Source of the DNA: Cycas panzhihuaensis
Taxonomy: Eukaryota; Plantae; Cycadophyta
Direction: 5' to 3'
Assembly: GCA_023213395.1 (NCBI GenBank)
Contig: CM041465.1
Coordinates: forward strand, 74,159,741-74,223,740
DNA: 64,000 nucleotides
Shown here piece after piece: positions 10,058 through 23,387 of the stretch; the stretch's first letter is position 1, and the number at the start of each line of letters is the position of its first letter. The notes under the pieces are model-generated. The model had not been told where the DNA came from. It saw only the letters and a program-made list of their open reading frames with translations, and searched no databases. A program made the position numbers and the translations under genes.

Positions 10058-13000
10058 GGCTAGCTGCTGGCTAGATCTGTGGATAGATATATAGATCGAC
10101 CGATCGATCTGCGGAAATGAAAATAGATTATTGAATTGAAGGACTCTTGATCCCACTGCCACAGAATGAAAGATTATTATGCAGATGTACTGATTGACTC
10201 GGTACTTGAGGTCGGGCTGCGTGTTCACGCAGAAATCTTCTGGTTTTCGTTTCTTTCGCAACACTCCTTAGATGGCTCGGCCTTACGATTTGGTTGAATA
10301 AAATACGCAAGGGATGGGTTTTGCGGAAGAAGATTTTCACATAATAAATCGGGAAGCGATCACGCAGGAGGACTTTTAGGCCTACGGTCAGTCACATCAA
10401 GGGCTTTAACCTGACTGACCAGGCTTATCAAGTGCTTCTGCGAGGAATAGCAAACCGCAATAAAAATAGCCAGAGCTCGGAAGATAAGTGGAACACGATT
10501 AGAATTTTCACTGAATCAAAACCCCACCTTCGTCCTCTGCCCTGTCCTACTCCTTGTTCTCACCACCCACTCACACCACTATGGGATCGAATTTTATGCT
10601 CAGGCGGGATCTTCAATGAAAAGCGTTTCTATCAATCCACAATCCATCCCAAAAGTAAAAGCACTTACTAGGCTTCAGAGAGTTAGAGCCTGGTCACGTT
10701 GTAAGGTCGCTTAAAGGTTGGCGAATTAGCAACATCGAACCATATCAGCCTTCGGCGGACTGGGATAAGTCGGTCGGGATCTTTCTTCAAACTCAGCCGC
10801 CGGCCGATAGGGGACGAGGTTTCGATCTATTGCGTACGAAGATGACTCCTGCATCTTTAAGAGAGTTTATGGTTCTCGAATTTGAGTTAATGTGAATGGG
10901 GGTTACCTTTCGACAAAATTCCGTGAAGGGCGAATGTTAAATGCACCCTCACGTCACAGGCTAATTTACAACTTTTTAATGGGCCTCCTTTTATCTTTGG
11001 AGGATGTGTAAGGATTATGATCGGGTCCTCGGTTCTCAGAAGGGCCGTGCCAAAATAAAAGCCCTATTCTGATGCGACCTCACTCTGACAGCTTGGTCAC
11101 ATCGAGGGGCTTACATTTACTTGTTTATACCTTCTCCTGGCCGTTCCTCCCTGCCAGGGATTCCTGGGCGTCTAAGGAGAAGATGCGGCTAGCAAATTGC
11201 CAAATAAAGTTACCTCGCTGCACTGCCCTGATCAGACGGTACTTTTCGAAAAGACATACCCTTGGTAAGAGATGGCCTTGAATCCCAGCCTCAAAGGGGG
11301 CAAACAAGCGACGTATTTAATTAAAACAATATTTTATTTCACTGCTGGGAGCTTAAGCCAAGGCATTAATCCGACGCCCTTGAAGCCCAGCCTTTCCCGC
11401 CATTGAATTATGCTCCCCGTAATTGAATTCAAAGCACCTTACACAACTGCGACACGAATGCCTGCCAAGCCGCGGTACGCTTTAGGACCCTGCAATGTGA
11501 CTGCCCAGCTGGCGATACAGACATTAAAATTTCAAACGTTGCCACCTCTTCAGGTCCAAGAAGGTAGCCGAGTCATTAAATTTGACTTTAAAAGGGTAAG
11601 TGGAAGATGGGGCGAGGGAAAAGGTGAGAATAAGGGGAAAGTTAGAAGAAGGAAGGGGCCGGCAATCCGTGGTAGAAATGCAACGCCCCACCTGGGCGTG
11701 CCGGGGTCCTTACGGACATGGATGCGGCGGGGCAGCATGCATGGGCGCCGGGTCCATGGTCTCCATTGTGTACACTCCACACAAAAGTCAGCCCCCTCTC
11801 TCGATTCTCCGAATGGGTATCTTTTTGGCGTGCACAAATCAGACAATAAAGCGACTATGGTGGGGATTAAGCCGACAACGAGTTGACTCTCGGTCCTTGG
11901 CGTGCACCGCCTCCTACCAATGCCCAAATCGCCACCGCCGCTAATTTCCTGCTTCACGGTACCCTTTCAAGGACTCCACCGAATTACTTGGCCCTGGGCC
12001 GTAAAAAAACAAAATACAATTTTTTAACCAACAATGCAATTTAATTACATGACTTGTTCTACGGCGGCTGGTTGACAAATTTGGATTTGTCATCGGATTC
12101 CCCCCTCGTTATCCACAACAACGATCGCGGTATACTTTTCCTTCGTTTTTCTTGACCCTGTTACTGTGTTTAGCTGTAGCTTGGAAATTCGGGGGTTTTC
12201 TGATTCTCACACACGTTTTATATATTTTTGCATTTGTTCTGTAATATAATATAATGATGATAATAATTGTAACTTTGTGTGGAGACCGGGTGGACGGAAA
12301 ATAGATCGTCCATTCTCTTCTGATCTGCCTTAATATGCGTGCTGGCAACTACCGCCTCGAACAAACTCATTGCAGATCCAAATTATTAAGCAGCAGATCA
12401 TGTGCAACCATTCCATGGATTCACCATTGATGACTATCATTATTTTCATCGTGTTTTGCATCATCTACCATTGTATTTGTGAGAATCATGTAGACTTGAC
12501 TTAAAAAGGAATCCCGATGCATTTGCCCCCTTACTAAAAGCGCGCGCACATACACACTCACGGGAGTGTGCAGGCATGACAAAAAATGCTACGAATACCC
12601 TTTTTCCGGCCTAAACCAATCCCATTTCGTAAGTTAATCCAAATTAATTTATTTAGTCTACTAATTGATATAAAAATTGTCCAAAACATCTTTTTCATAG
12701 CATTAATTTAAATAGTGTTTTGTACCAAGCTTACAAGTATTCAACACCTAAAAATCTCATTCTTAAGTAGTCATGATTTATGTAAAGGCAACACCCCTTC
12801 CAAAGTGGCCATCACGTGCAATTTCTTTTTTCTTTTTTTTTTTTGAAGTGAATTTAATATTATGTTATAAACCTAATCAAGGTTTGTTTTCAAAGTAGAT
12901 TCTTTTAATCTAAGAACAAATCTATCCTATTTTATCTACTATGAGTAAAATTTTATAACATAACTCTATAATATCAATAATTATTAAACTACCTTATTTT

Positions 13001-13635
13001 ATTTAAATCGATCTCCAATTTTCTACTTTTAAAAAAAGAAAAAGAAACTAACCTATGAATAATTTATGGAGATTTGTCCATAATAGCACTTTAACTAAAG
13101 CAAATATAAATAGTCATATAGAAACCTTTTTAAGACATGATTTTAATGTCTCTTAAAATTATACTTAGTTTTTCAAAACTCCATAGAGCTAAATACATTA
13201 CAATTTATCAATGCTCAAAATTTTAAAAATCAGATGCATTGACAAAAGTGTTATCCAATGTTATGCATTACGTAAAAGGTTGAATTTAAAAAGAAAAGGA
13301 ATAATAAATAAATTTACAAAATTACCATTCATTTATGAAATATTCTCACAAATCATGTCCAATGTTTAAATTTGTGCACATAAGTAGGAAGATCTTCTCA
13401 AGTGCTTTGTCTTTTATTTTACTAATTGTACTTATATAAATAAGTAATCATGGGTACAACTCATAATTCCATTGAACCTTTAAATTCTCATCATATACAT
13501 AAAGAGCCTATAATTTAGCAATGTGCTCAAACAATTATGTGTGAAGATAGTTTGAATAGTATATCCTAAAATAAAAGTCTTTTATGATCTTAAAAAAGGG
13601 TAAAATTATTGGAAATTAAAGTGGCACAGGGGTAA

Positions 13636-14179
13636 TGATGGAAGAATTAATGATGTATTCATTAATTCAATAATATATATGTGTGAATACATTATACTTT
13701 TATAGATATAAAGTTATTGCTTTATTAACTCAATGCGATAAAGTATATTATAAATGTATTTTAGTTACGTTAGCGGTTAGTCATGACTTGTAGTTGTGAC
13801 CCTAATGCTTGTAGGGTTTTAAATGCACACATCACATTGTAATGTACATGTAATGTTGATCGTACAAGGTGCTACTAGTCATCTTGCATGATCAACTCTT
13901 TATATACCCTCTTGCCTCTTTCGTGACTGGTCTCTTTTGTATATGTGTAAGGCAACAACTTATGTAATGTATAATGAATATATGAATGTTAAGAGAGATG
14001 TTCATTTTTGTATATATGTGAGGCAACGACTTATGCAATGCATAACAAATATATGAATGTTAAGAGAGATTGATTTTGGAGGCTTAATTAATTTGACCTC
14101 CTCATCTTCATTTGCATCTTTCTATTCCCTTTATGTTGTAGATCCTAGGCAAAAGATGGATTTAATGCCTTTTCCTTCA
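13636..14179 (+). repeat. 5' LTR of copia A, with an internal 70-bp tandem duplication (13931-14070)
   Basis: Aligns end to end with 46411-46885; followed by the PBS. Confidence 0.9.
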
Positions 14180-14192
14180 CTTTGTATCAAAG

Positions 14193-15014
14193 CTAAGTTA
14201 GATAAGAACTCAGCGCCAACCTTACAACTAAATCCCTAACAAAGATATACTAGAAACTACTATTGTATTGCAACTATTCTATACAATAGGGTAATGAATT
14301 ATGGGTTTTTTTCTTAATATATTTCTTAATAGTCTCATGTTGCTTCTTGTCCATATTTTAAGACTCCCAAACTAGCACATTGCCTAAGCTTATTGATGCT
14401 TCCTTTGCATACCATTCAAAAGGTTTCAGTAGGAAGACCTTCCTGTTATTCTTGATGTTAATATTAGCCCAAAGGAATTCCTTTTTAGTTGTATCTAACT
14501 CACTGTGCATATTCTTTTCTATATAAATATGAATTATAGGGTCTAAAAGCCCTCCATTACAAAGTGCAAAGTAAACTAAAGTCTTTGGACCATCAAGATC
14601 AAATGTTTGTTCAAATATACGACGCTCTTCTCCTACTTTAAACCTTGCTCTATTAGAGATTAATATTTGGAACCATTGTGCAGGATGAGGCGTTCGATAG
14701 CATAGGATAGAATGCTCTATGGTATTGACACTAATAGAATAGCCCCTAACTTTATAAGTAGCTCGTTGGAATAAAGACATCCTTCTTAAATTATTTTAGG
14801 GTATTCTATATGATAAATATGCATGCATAACCGAAGTATTATAGGCATTAATATAGATTGTTAGTTTTGCATTATAATCCATTTAGATTAGGTTTATGTT
14901 TTTAAGATGCTCCAACATTGATATGAAAGTGTGAAGCATACGAGTTGCATAAGTCAATCTATCTTTATCCACATATATCTAGGGCACCTCCACCATAGAT
15001 TTGCAGAGCCATGA
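14193..15014 (-). pseudogene. Intron-less DUF547-family gene fragment (C-terminal about 274 codons) captured in copia A
   Basis: Single frame with six internal stops and no frameshift: CKSMVEVP*I..AKLTIYINAYNTSVMHAYLSYRIP*NNLRRMSLFQRATYKVRG..IEHSILCYRTP..LVYFALCNG..DP..IY..ELD..KKEFL..KVFL..AKEASIS..IE*LQYNSSF*YIF. These match plant DUF547 motifs (AFWINxYNALxMHAYLAYG, AAYNxGG, IEHxIL, FALCxG..DP, EWLPYxSxFRY). Identified by motif recall, not by search. Confidence 0.9.
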
Positions 15015-15194
15015 TCATTTTTTTTTGGGGTATGAAGTTGTTCAACCTTCTTAGCTTTATTTGATTTTCATTCATTAAAGGACTAATAAAATTGGGTGAT
15101 ATAACCATTCATTTTGATTCTCTTAGTATCTAGGCCTTAGATACAATGCTAGATTATGATTTCACAACTTCATTGAGGGGAAATCTATTAGATA

Positions 15195-18100
15195 TGTTAA
15201 AAACTTTATAAGGTTTACTTAGGCATATGGATTACACCTAAGCCTCTTTATGGGGTCCAGGGGGTCTAGGGGACTAGTGGCACCCTAGGTGGGGGTTTAG
15301 GGGTAGGAGCTCTTCAGGAAATTTTTTGGGTATCTTATGGGGGTCTTTTATAACCCATCATTTATGTTCATTGTATTCGTAAAATCATGGGGTAGTATCT
15401 TATAAAATTATATCTATATATACTTCTATAATAGCACATGTAAAAAGGTTAGATATATGTATAAGAAGAGAGTTATGATCTCTCTATAATTCTTTAGTTG
15501 TTGCTTAGATTAATAAAATGGTCTATGCTTAGACTTAAATCTCTAGTTATTCCTTGTTGATGTGCTTAGTTTATTAATTATTTATCTTTTGCATTATTTT
15601 AAGTTTTGTTATTGTATCGTTCCTCTTAGTTATTTCTCTATATTTGATATTAGAGCTAGGGTTTTAGTTCTACTAGAAGCTATTTATTGAGTGGAAGCTT
15701 TATTTAGTGAACTTGTGTATTAAGACCATAGCAAGTACTTCAAGGACAAAGATTAAAAAGTATAATGACTAGAATTTTGAGCTATTAAAACTAAATATGG
15801 AAGATATCCTTATTAAGAATGATTAGTAGATCATTATAGTAAGAACAAAGCCTATAACTATGGCTAGTAAAGACTAGAACAAGTTTGATAGAAAGGTAAC
15901 AAGTTCCATAAGATTATGCCTTTCAGATATGGTGTTGTTAAATATTTTCTCAGTGTCTATGGCCAAAGACCTATGGAACAAACAAAGTCCTAGTGAACAA
16001 ACTATTTCTTCAAAAAAAGTTATATTCACTCAAGATGAGTAATCGAGATACAATTATAGATTATATTAATACATTTAACACTATGGTGAGCTAACTTATT
16101 TCAGTTGGAGTAGCAATATCTAAAGAAGATAAATGTATTATCCTATTATGTTCATTTCTTATTTTATAAGAAAACCTTATAATTGTTGAGAAAAATAGGT
16201 TCCAATAACTAGAAATTACCACCAAGATCTAAACTATTTTATAACTAGTTATAGGAATTGAAATTAAAATTTAACAAGTTCTTAAACTAGAGATAATATA
16301 ATAAATAAATTAGAAATCCAAAGCATCACATATACACCAGATATAATATGGTGAAACCATACAATATACTAGGGAAATGTCTACATAAGAAAGGTATCGA
16401 TTCTTATTATCAAAGAATAGAGAAATATATATAATCTACAGTAGAATGCTTACAATAATAATAACCAATTATCTCTACTCAATATAGTACATCCAATCCA
16501 TCGAATACCATTAACATAACAAAAAAACACCCTAAATCAGACTATATGAGAGAGTCATATAAGGTACAAATCTTGACCATCAAATTTAGGATATTTTAAA
16601 TGAACGACCTTGATTCTCTTTATAGTTTAGTATGTTTTATAATGTTAACTTTTTAGGTCAGGGGCTACTGCCTCGAACCCCCTCTTTACTGGGGGGGGGG
16701 GGGGTTTAGCTCCCCCTACAACCCTCGACCAAGGGGGATTCACGTCCCCCTTGGATCCCCCTACGAAAGGTTAGAGGGGAAACTGCACTATCAACCTATC
16801 AAAAATTTTGCCTCTAAAATATTGTTATCACATTATCTAATAATAATGGTAATAAGCAGAGTAATTATTACTACCCTAAAGTTATTGTTAATTTATTGTC
16901 AAAAGAAATAAGATAGAAATCTTTTGAAGATCATACAAAAGAGGCATTGGTAGTGAGAGGCCATGAGTTGGATTATGGCCAATAAATACCTAGGTATAAA
17001 CAATTAAAATCTAAAGGAAAATTTAAATCTTAAGGTATAGGTCTAATGGTATATTAGAGATGTGAGAAGGCTAGTTATATCAAGACCTAGTATAGAGCTA
17101 AGGTTAATAAGGGAAAGCTACCTGAAGCTACTTATTCCATGACGATAAAACCCTTTGATAAAGTTGATGGTGATATTTATTTAGCTATCTCAGGTAAGAG
17201 TTCAAATGTTGAGTCATGGTTAATTGAATTTAGTATCTCATTTCATGTTACTCCCCATAGGGAGTGGTTCTATAAATATGAAAGTATTAATAGAGATGAA
17301 GTGGTCCTTCAGAACCATTACCCATATAAAATCACGAGTCATAGAAGGATAAAAGTTCAGTTTAGGGATAGAAGGGTTAAAATTATCCCTAATATAAGTC
17401 ATATCCTTGGTTTGGTTATGAGCCTGTTATTTATTAGTCAATTAGGTGATGTAGGAATTAAAGTGACTTTTAATAAAGATAATTGTAAAATAGTTCATGG
17501 AGTATTGGTATTAATAAGAGTGGTTTAATATGGAATGTTGTGTAAACTTGATGCTAGCACAATGAACATTGGTAGTTGTAGTTAGGATGTTATAAAATGT
17601 AGTAGCAATATATGTAATACCTAAGTGTTGTTGACCAATAAGATTATGTTGTGGCATCAGAGATTAGGCCATATTACAAAAAAAAGCCTCCAATATTTAT
17701 TCTCTAAAGGTATGGCTAAAGATATCTTTGGGATTGATAACTCATTTAATTTTGATTTCTAGGAGCATTGTGTTTGTGGTAAATAGAATTGTGTAAGTTT
17801 TCCTTCTAGTTTAAAGAGAGCAATGAGGATTATATAATTAGTACACAATGATGTTTTTGGGTTCGTTGATGTACCCTCTTTAGGTGGGTCCAAGTATTTT
17901 ATCTTATTTATTGATAATTTCTTGAGAAAGATATGGTTATACTTTCTTAAGAAAAAAATTGAGGTTTTAATAAATTCAAGAAATTCAAAGCCTTGGTAAA
18001 AAATCAAATTGATATGAGAATTAAGGTGCTGAGAACGGATAATAGAGATGATTTTTTATCAAATGAATTTAAGTTATTTTATAAGTAGTGTGGAATAGCA

Positions 18101-19146
18101 AGGCAGAGAATAACTCCTTATATGTCATAATATAATGGAGTTACTGAAAGGATGATTAAGACCTTAGTGGAGAGATCGAGGAGTATGCTTAGTTCTGCTA
18201 GTTTACAAAAGAAATTTTGAGCTAAGGCTGTAATGACTATAAGCTACCTAATAAACAGATCATCGATGACTACATTGGTGAACAAAATACTTGAAAAAGT
18301 GTGGTCTAGTAAGAAACTATTTCTTAATCATCTTAGAGTATTTAATTATGAAGATTTTATGCAGATTCTTAGCCTATAGAGGGTGAAGCTTGATTTTAAA
18401 ACATAAAAGTATATTTTCAAAGGCTATAGTGATGGAGTAAAAGGTAATAAGCTTTATAACCTTAAATCATAAAAAATTATATATAGTTGTAATGTTATCT
18501 TTAGAGAGGACTTCAAATCTCTAAAGTAGGATGAAGAACTAAAGGAGAAAGACTCTAAGAAGGTGTGTTTTAAGATAAGGGATAAAGATTTTAGATTAGA
18601 ATATGAGTCAACTGATGAAGGTGAACCAATTAAGGAGGTGGCCCAACCTTAAGAACCCTATATTTTGAGGAGATCAACTCGCAAGAAAAAATAGCCTGAT
18701 AGGTATATTCTTGAAGACTTTCATCACTCATTTGTTTTAGCTATTGCAGGTGAAGATCTATGTACTTTTAAAGAGGCTTTAGAGCCAAAAGAGAGCTAAC
18801 TCTAGAAGAAGGCCATGGAAAAAGAAATGATGGCTTTAGATAAAAATAAAATATGAGATTTGGTGAATTTATTAGATAATAGAAAACTTATTGATAATAA
18901 ATGGACCTTCAAGAAGAGGTTTTAAGAAGATAGTACTGTAAAAAAGTACAAGGCATATTTGGTAGTAAAGGGTTATTCCTAGGTAAAGGGAATAGATTTT
19001 AATGAGATTTTTTCTCTTATTATAAAATTAGCCTCAATTATATTTTTTTTAGTTGTAGTAGCTACTTGTAATCTAGGAGTAGATCAAATGACTATGAAGA
19101 TAACTTTTCTTCATGGTGACCTTCAGGAGGAAATTTATACGTTGTA
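15195..19146 (+). mobile_element. Truncated Tnt1/Tork-like copia B (5' LTR start approximate; no 3' LTR)
   Basis: LTR-like sequence with a G-rich motif; PBS TGATATTAGAGC at 15645-15656; gag (ASTSRTKIKKYN..NFEL); protease region ORF 17139..17528 (SWLIEFSISFHVTPHREWF); integrase (KVLRTDNRD); RT start (FLHGDLQEEIY); breaks off at about 19146. Confidence 0.85.
16184..16842. mobile_element. Solo LTR (659 bp) inserted in gag of copia B
   Basis: TGTTG..CTAATA ends (CA>TA), 5-bp TSD ATAAT (16179-16183, 16843-16847); removal rejoins the gag frame. Confidence 0.88.
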
Positions 19147-19968
19147 ATGATTTTTTTATCCACCATTTATTTTTAAAATTTTTTTATATAGTTTTAAAAA
19201 CCATAGGTTATATATTTCAAAATATTCACAGTATATTCCCTTTTTAATAATTATTAGTCTTCTAAAGTTTTTTCTTCTTTTAATCTTTTTAGTATTTTTT
19301 AAAGCTCATTTTAGGCTATTTTTTATTTCTTCTTCTAATCTATTTTAGGCAGTTTTCTTAAAAATTTAGAGGCTTTTTTAGTTTTGATGTTATTTTTTTA
19401 TATATGTACAAAATGAATTATTATAAATTTTAATCATAAAATCTTTAAATTTTTTTGAAAAACTTGAAAGACTAAAAAGATAAATTCATAACTAAATAAC
19501 CTTATGATACTAGTTCTCTAAGGGGAGCTATTAATAACCCTAAAGGTACCACTCTTATGCACATTATTATGCTTACTCAAACTCTATGAATTGTAGGGCG
19601 AGGTAATAATTATAAGGTGTATTGAGTGGTAGACTGATGTATATACTTGATAAACCTTAGAGTTTGGAGACTGAGCTAGACTTAGAGAAGGTAAGTGCCT
19701 TGGTTAAAAGTATGCCTTTAGAGAAGGACCTATTATTTAGGTTGTAAATCCAACATAGGTGGGTGAATAATGTTAAGGAGGTGACAAAGTATTTAGTAGC
19801 ATCCACGTACCTTTAGGTATATAGGGTCCTCGAGCTCCCACTTGTGAGTAGGTATACCATGAGACAGAGCCATCTCAACTACCAGGGGTTATTATGTAAA
19901 GAGATACTAAGACTATAAATATTAAATTAATAAACCTTTAGGTAGGTAAGAAATATATTCGAGATAAA

Positions 19969-22900
19969 ATGTCACTTCTAGACTATGATAATTTCTTGGT
20001 TTAGAAGAAATAAGTCAAGAATATTTTGGTAATAAATAAACTATAGGCTTATGTTTTTAGTAAAATTTCCATGTCTAAAGAAACTTGAAATCCTGATGAT
20101 CTTGATATTGTCATTCCTACTGATCCTATTACTTTATCCTCCTTTAAGGATTTTAATAAAGTTTCTTTCCTATCCCTTTCCTATAAGGATAATGTTGACC
20201 AAAATATTGAGCTTATTATAACTTCTACTAAAGCTTGGGACATAATCTATGCACTATATGAAAGGAAAGATAATGCAAGAGCTATCATACTCAAAGCACA
20301 ACTCTACTGTATACCATATATAAGATCAATTGCAACTAACTTGACTCAAATCAAGTCAATCAAGAACTAATTGAGTGTTATGCGATAACCACCTAATGAT
20401 AGTGACTTGATATCTTCTATTGTCAATGCATTACTCGTAGGATATAATTCTCTCATATCTAATCTATCTCATATTGATCATTTTGCTATGTTAGATTCCA
20501 ACACTTTTAAATGTCTACTACTTTAAGAGGAATGCATTCTAAATAGACTTGGAGATTCAATCACCTCCTCTTCAACTTTTACCCTAGTAGCATAACATAA
20601 GGGGAAACAATAGAATTCATACCTTAATCAATAGTTTGGTTCAATGAATTTGAACTAACATCCATATCAATAGTATTCTCAATATTCTAATTAGATTATT
20701 TATCATTACTATGGAAAACTTGGTTACATTGCACTTGATTATAGGAAGAAGAAAACTAATTTACAATAATAACAACACCATAATTGTATTGCTACTTGAG
20801 ATAATCAAAACTATGGACATAGTAACTACCGAGACCCAGAAGGCAGAACTAGAATACCCTTTAGGGCAATCAATAGAATAAAATTACAAAAGAGGAAGTC
20901 AAAATTAAGGAGACCATATGGCAAATTTATAGAACTTATTCTTTACTATGTTTATATCACATAATTCTAATAAATATTAGTTGATAGATTCTAAAGCCTC
21001 CCATCAGATAACAGGTTTCAAAAAATTATTAATAGATACAAGGCTGATATAAGATCAATTAGTAATATTTGGTGATGATGCCATTTTAGAGGTTGCTAAG
21101 ATTGATAATGCTTCAATATCTTTAAAGGATTCTAATATTAGACATCACCTTAATAATGTATTTTATATCTATGACATGACATAGAATCTATTATCAATCA
21201 ATTAGATAATTAAATAAAACTTTGATATCTTATGTATTTACCTTAGGAAATGCTTAATTATTGATTTGAATAGTAATTTGATTGTCTCTAAATATGAGGA
21301 CCAAGGATTGTATAAGCTTGATACAATTTTAAAACCTATATTTTCATAAAATGATACTAGTACTTATAATAATATAACTTCCACTTTTGATACTTCTACT
21401 TCCACATCCAACATTAATGAGCAATTTTCTTCAAAGGCACTTGTTTCTTAGAGACTTCCTAAAGACCAATTATTCATCAATGCCTTGGTTATTTGAATAT
21501 GAACATCCTCCACTTTTTTTTAAACTGAATACAGTACATGGATTACCAAATATTAAGCAAACTAAATTTATTTGTGAGGCTTGTATCATGGAAAAATATC
21601 ATCAGGATTTGTTTAAATTGGATAATAGAGTCTAGTATGTTAAAGAACCATTAGACTTTGTTCACTCTAATATTTATGGACCAATGTCTCATAAATCATT
21701 CAATGGTTACCCATATTTTATTACATATATTAATAATTATTCCTCTAAGGTATGAATTTATTTTTTTAAGCAATGATCAAAAGCATTTGAAAAATTTAGA
21801 GAATTTAAGTATGGTGATGAATTAGAATCTAGAAAGTCACTCAAAATCCTTCATTATAAAAATGGAAGTGAATATACTTTGAGAGAATTCACTTAGTTTT
21901 ATAAAGATAATGGCATCAAACAATAACTATGTTCCTATTACATACCTCAACAAAATAGAGTTGCTAAGCATATGAATTAGACCTTAGTTAGTAAAGACAA
22001 AGCCATACTTCCTACAAAATAATTGGGATTTTAATTATGGGTTGAAGCCTTGAACATTACTTATTATCTTACAAACCAAAGTCTAACTAAGGGAGTTTTA
22101 AATATTACACTTAAGGAGTCTTAATCAGGTCAAAAATCCATGTTCTTATATTTATGCACTTTTTGTTATATAATGTATATACTTATACCGAAGGAACAAA
22201 GAAAGAAGTTAGATGATAAACATAGGAAATGCATTTTTATTAGCTACTAATCTAGTTGTAAAGCCTCTATTAGGCAAATGTATACATCTTAGGATATTAT
22301 TTTTTTAGAGGAGAACCAAGGCTTAGACATGACTCAACTTTTATTTTTTGATGAATAACCTATAGTAACTCCTGTTCTATCTCTTGTTACATAGAATGTT
22401 CCTATAGTTTAATTACCTCCATCTTTATCATATACTTTTGGCACTTTATTTGTACCTCTTACCTCTTTCTTAATATCTACTTCAATAATTCCTTTAAAAT
22501 ATATTTAAGAAGAGGTCACTTCAAAGTAGTTTCTTAAATGATACCTTGAGACAATCTCTTTTGCTCCATCACCTCCATAACAATCTAAGAGATAATCCAA
22601 GTATAGATCATCCATCAACTTCCATTTAATGACAAAAGTATTATTAGCTCTTGAAATTACCACTTTTGAAGAAGTTATCATAAACTAAAGTGGTAAGTAG
22701 CTATGAATAAGAAAATAGATTTTATTTTACAAAATGACACTTATGATCTAGTTGAGTTGTTAGATGGAAAGAAACCAATTTATTATCATTAGATTTATAA
22801 AATAAAATTTTATACAAATAGCTTTATTTAATACTATAAAATATGATTGGTTGCCAAAGGTTTCCAATAGATTGAGGTCATTGGTTATGATGATATATTT

Positions 22901-23387
22901 ACCCATATTGCTAACATGACCATTATAAGGCTTATTTTGGCATTAACATCTCAATTTAATTAGCTTATCTTTTATCTGGATATGAAAAGTGCCTTTTTGA
23001 ATAACAACTTATAAGAGGAAGTGTACTTGAATCAATCTCTAAACTATACTATTTATGGAAAAGAACATATAGTTTGTAAATTAAAGATAGATTTATATAG
23101 GCTTAAGTAATCACCTTGTGCTTGGTATGTAAAGATAAATGAGTATTTTTAGAAGCATAAACTTGTATACTTTTTCTTGGATCCTAATTTATATATCAAA
23201 ATCTAAGATAACTTAATCACTTTGATTATACTATATGTTGATGATTTGTTAATAATAGGTAATGACACATAGTGGATTTCAAACTTCTGAGGGGAATTAA
23301 ATAGTAGCTTTAAGATGATTGATCTCATGCTACTACACTATTTTCTTAGTATGGAAGTTTAATAATAACTAGGTCAAATCTTCCTTT
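19969..23387 (+). pseudogene. gag-protease-integrase-RT relic of copia A, part 1
   Basis: KAWDIIYALYERKD (gag), LIDSKASH (protease), ICEACIMEK (ORF 21387..21635), PQQNRVA (integrase), DMKSAFLN and LYVDDLLI (RT); numerous stops. Confidence 0.9.

Larger units (their letters stand above)
6100..12700. promoter_or_regulatory. Non-TE, CpG-retaining island (probable unmethylated genic/regulatory region)
   Basis: CpG and GC content are visibly much higher than in flanking TEs; no retroelement motifs; cis-element-like words: RY CATGCATG (8697, 11736) and CCGACA (8572, 11872). Boundaries approximate. Confidence 0.7.

Noticed and set aside
9712-10146. miR159/319-like fragments (GCTTCCTTC at about 9715; TTGAATTGAAGGACTC at 10131)
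   Set aside because: Need indels to match, are about 420 nt apart and form no precursor stem.
11410-11957. Overlapping ORFs of 158, 135 and 114 aa
   Set aside because: Expected in locally GC-rich DNA; no domain or evident codon bias, and they overlap on both strands.
12149-12163. tasiARF-like TTCTTGACCCTGTTA
   Set aside because: Partial match only and no flanking miR390 sites, so not a TAS3 locus.
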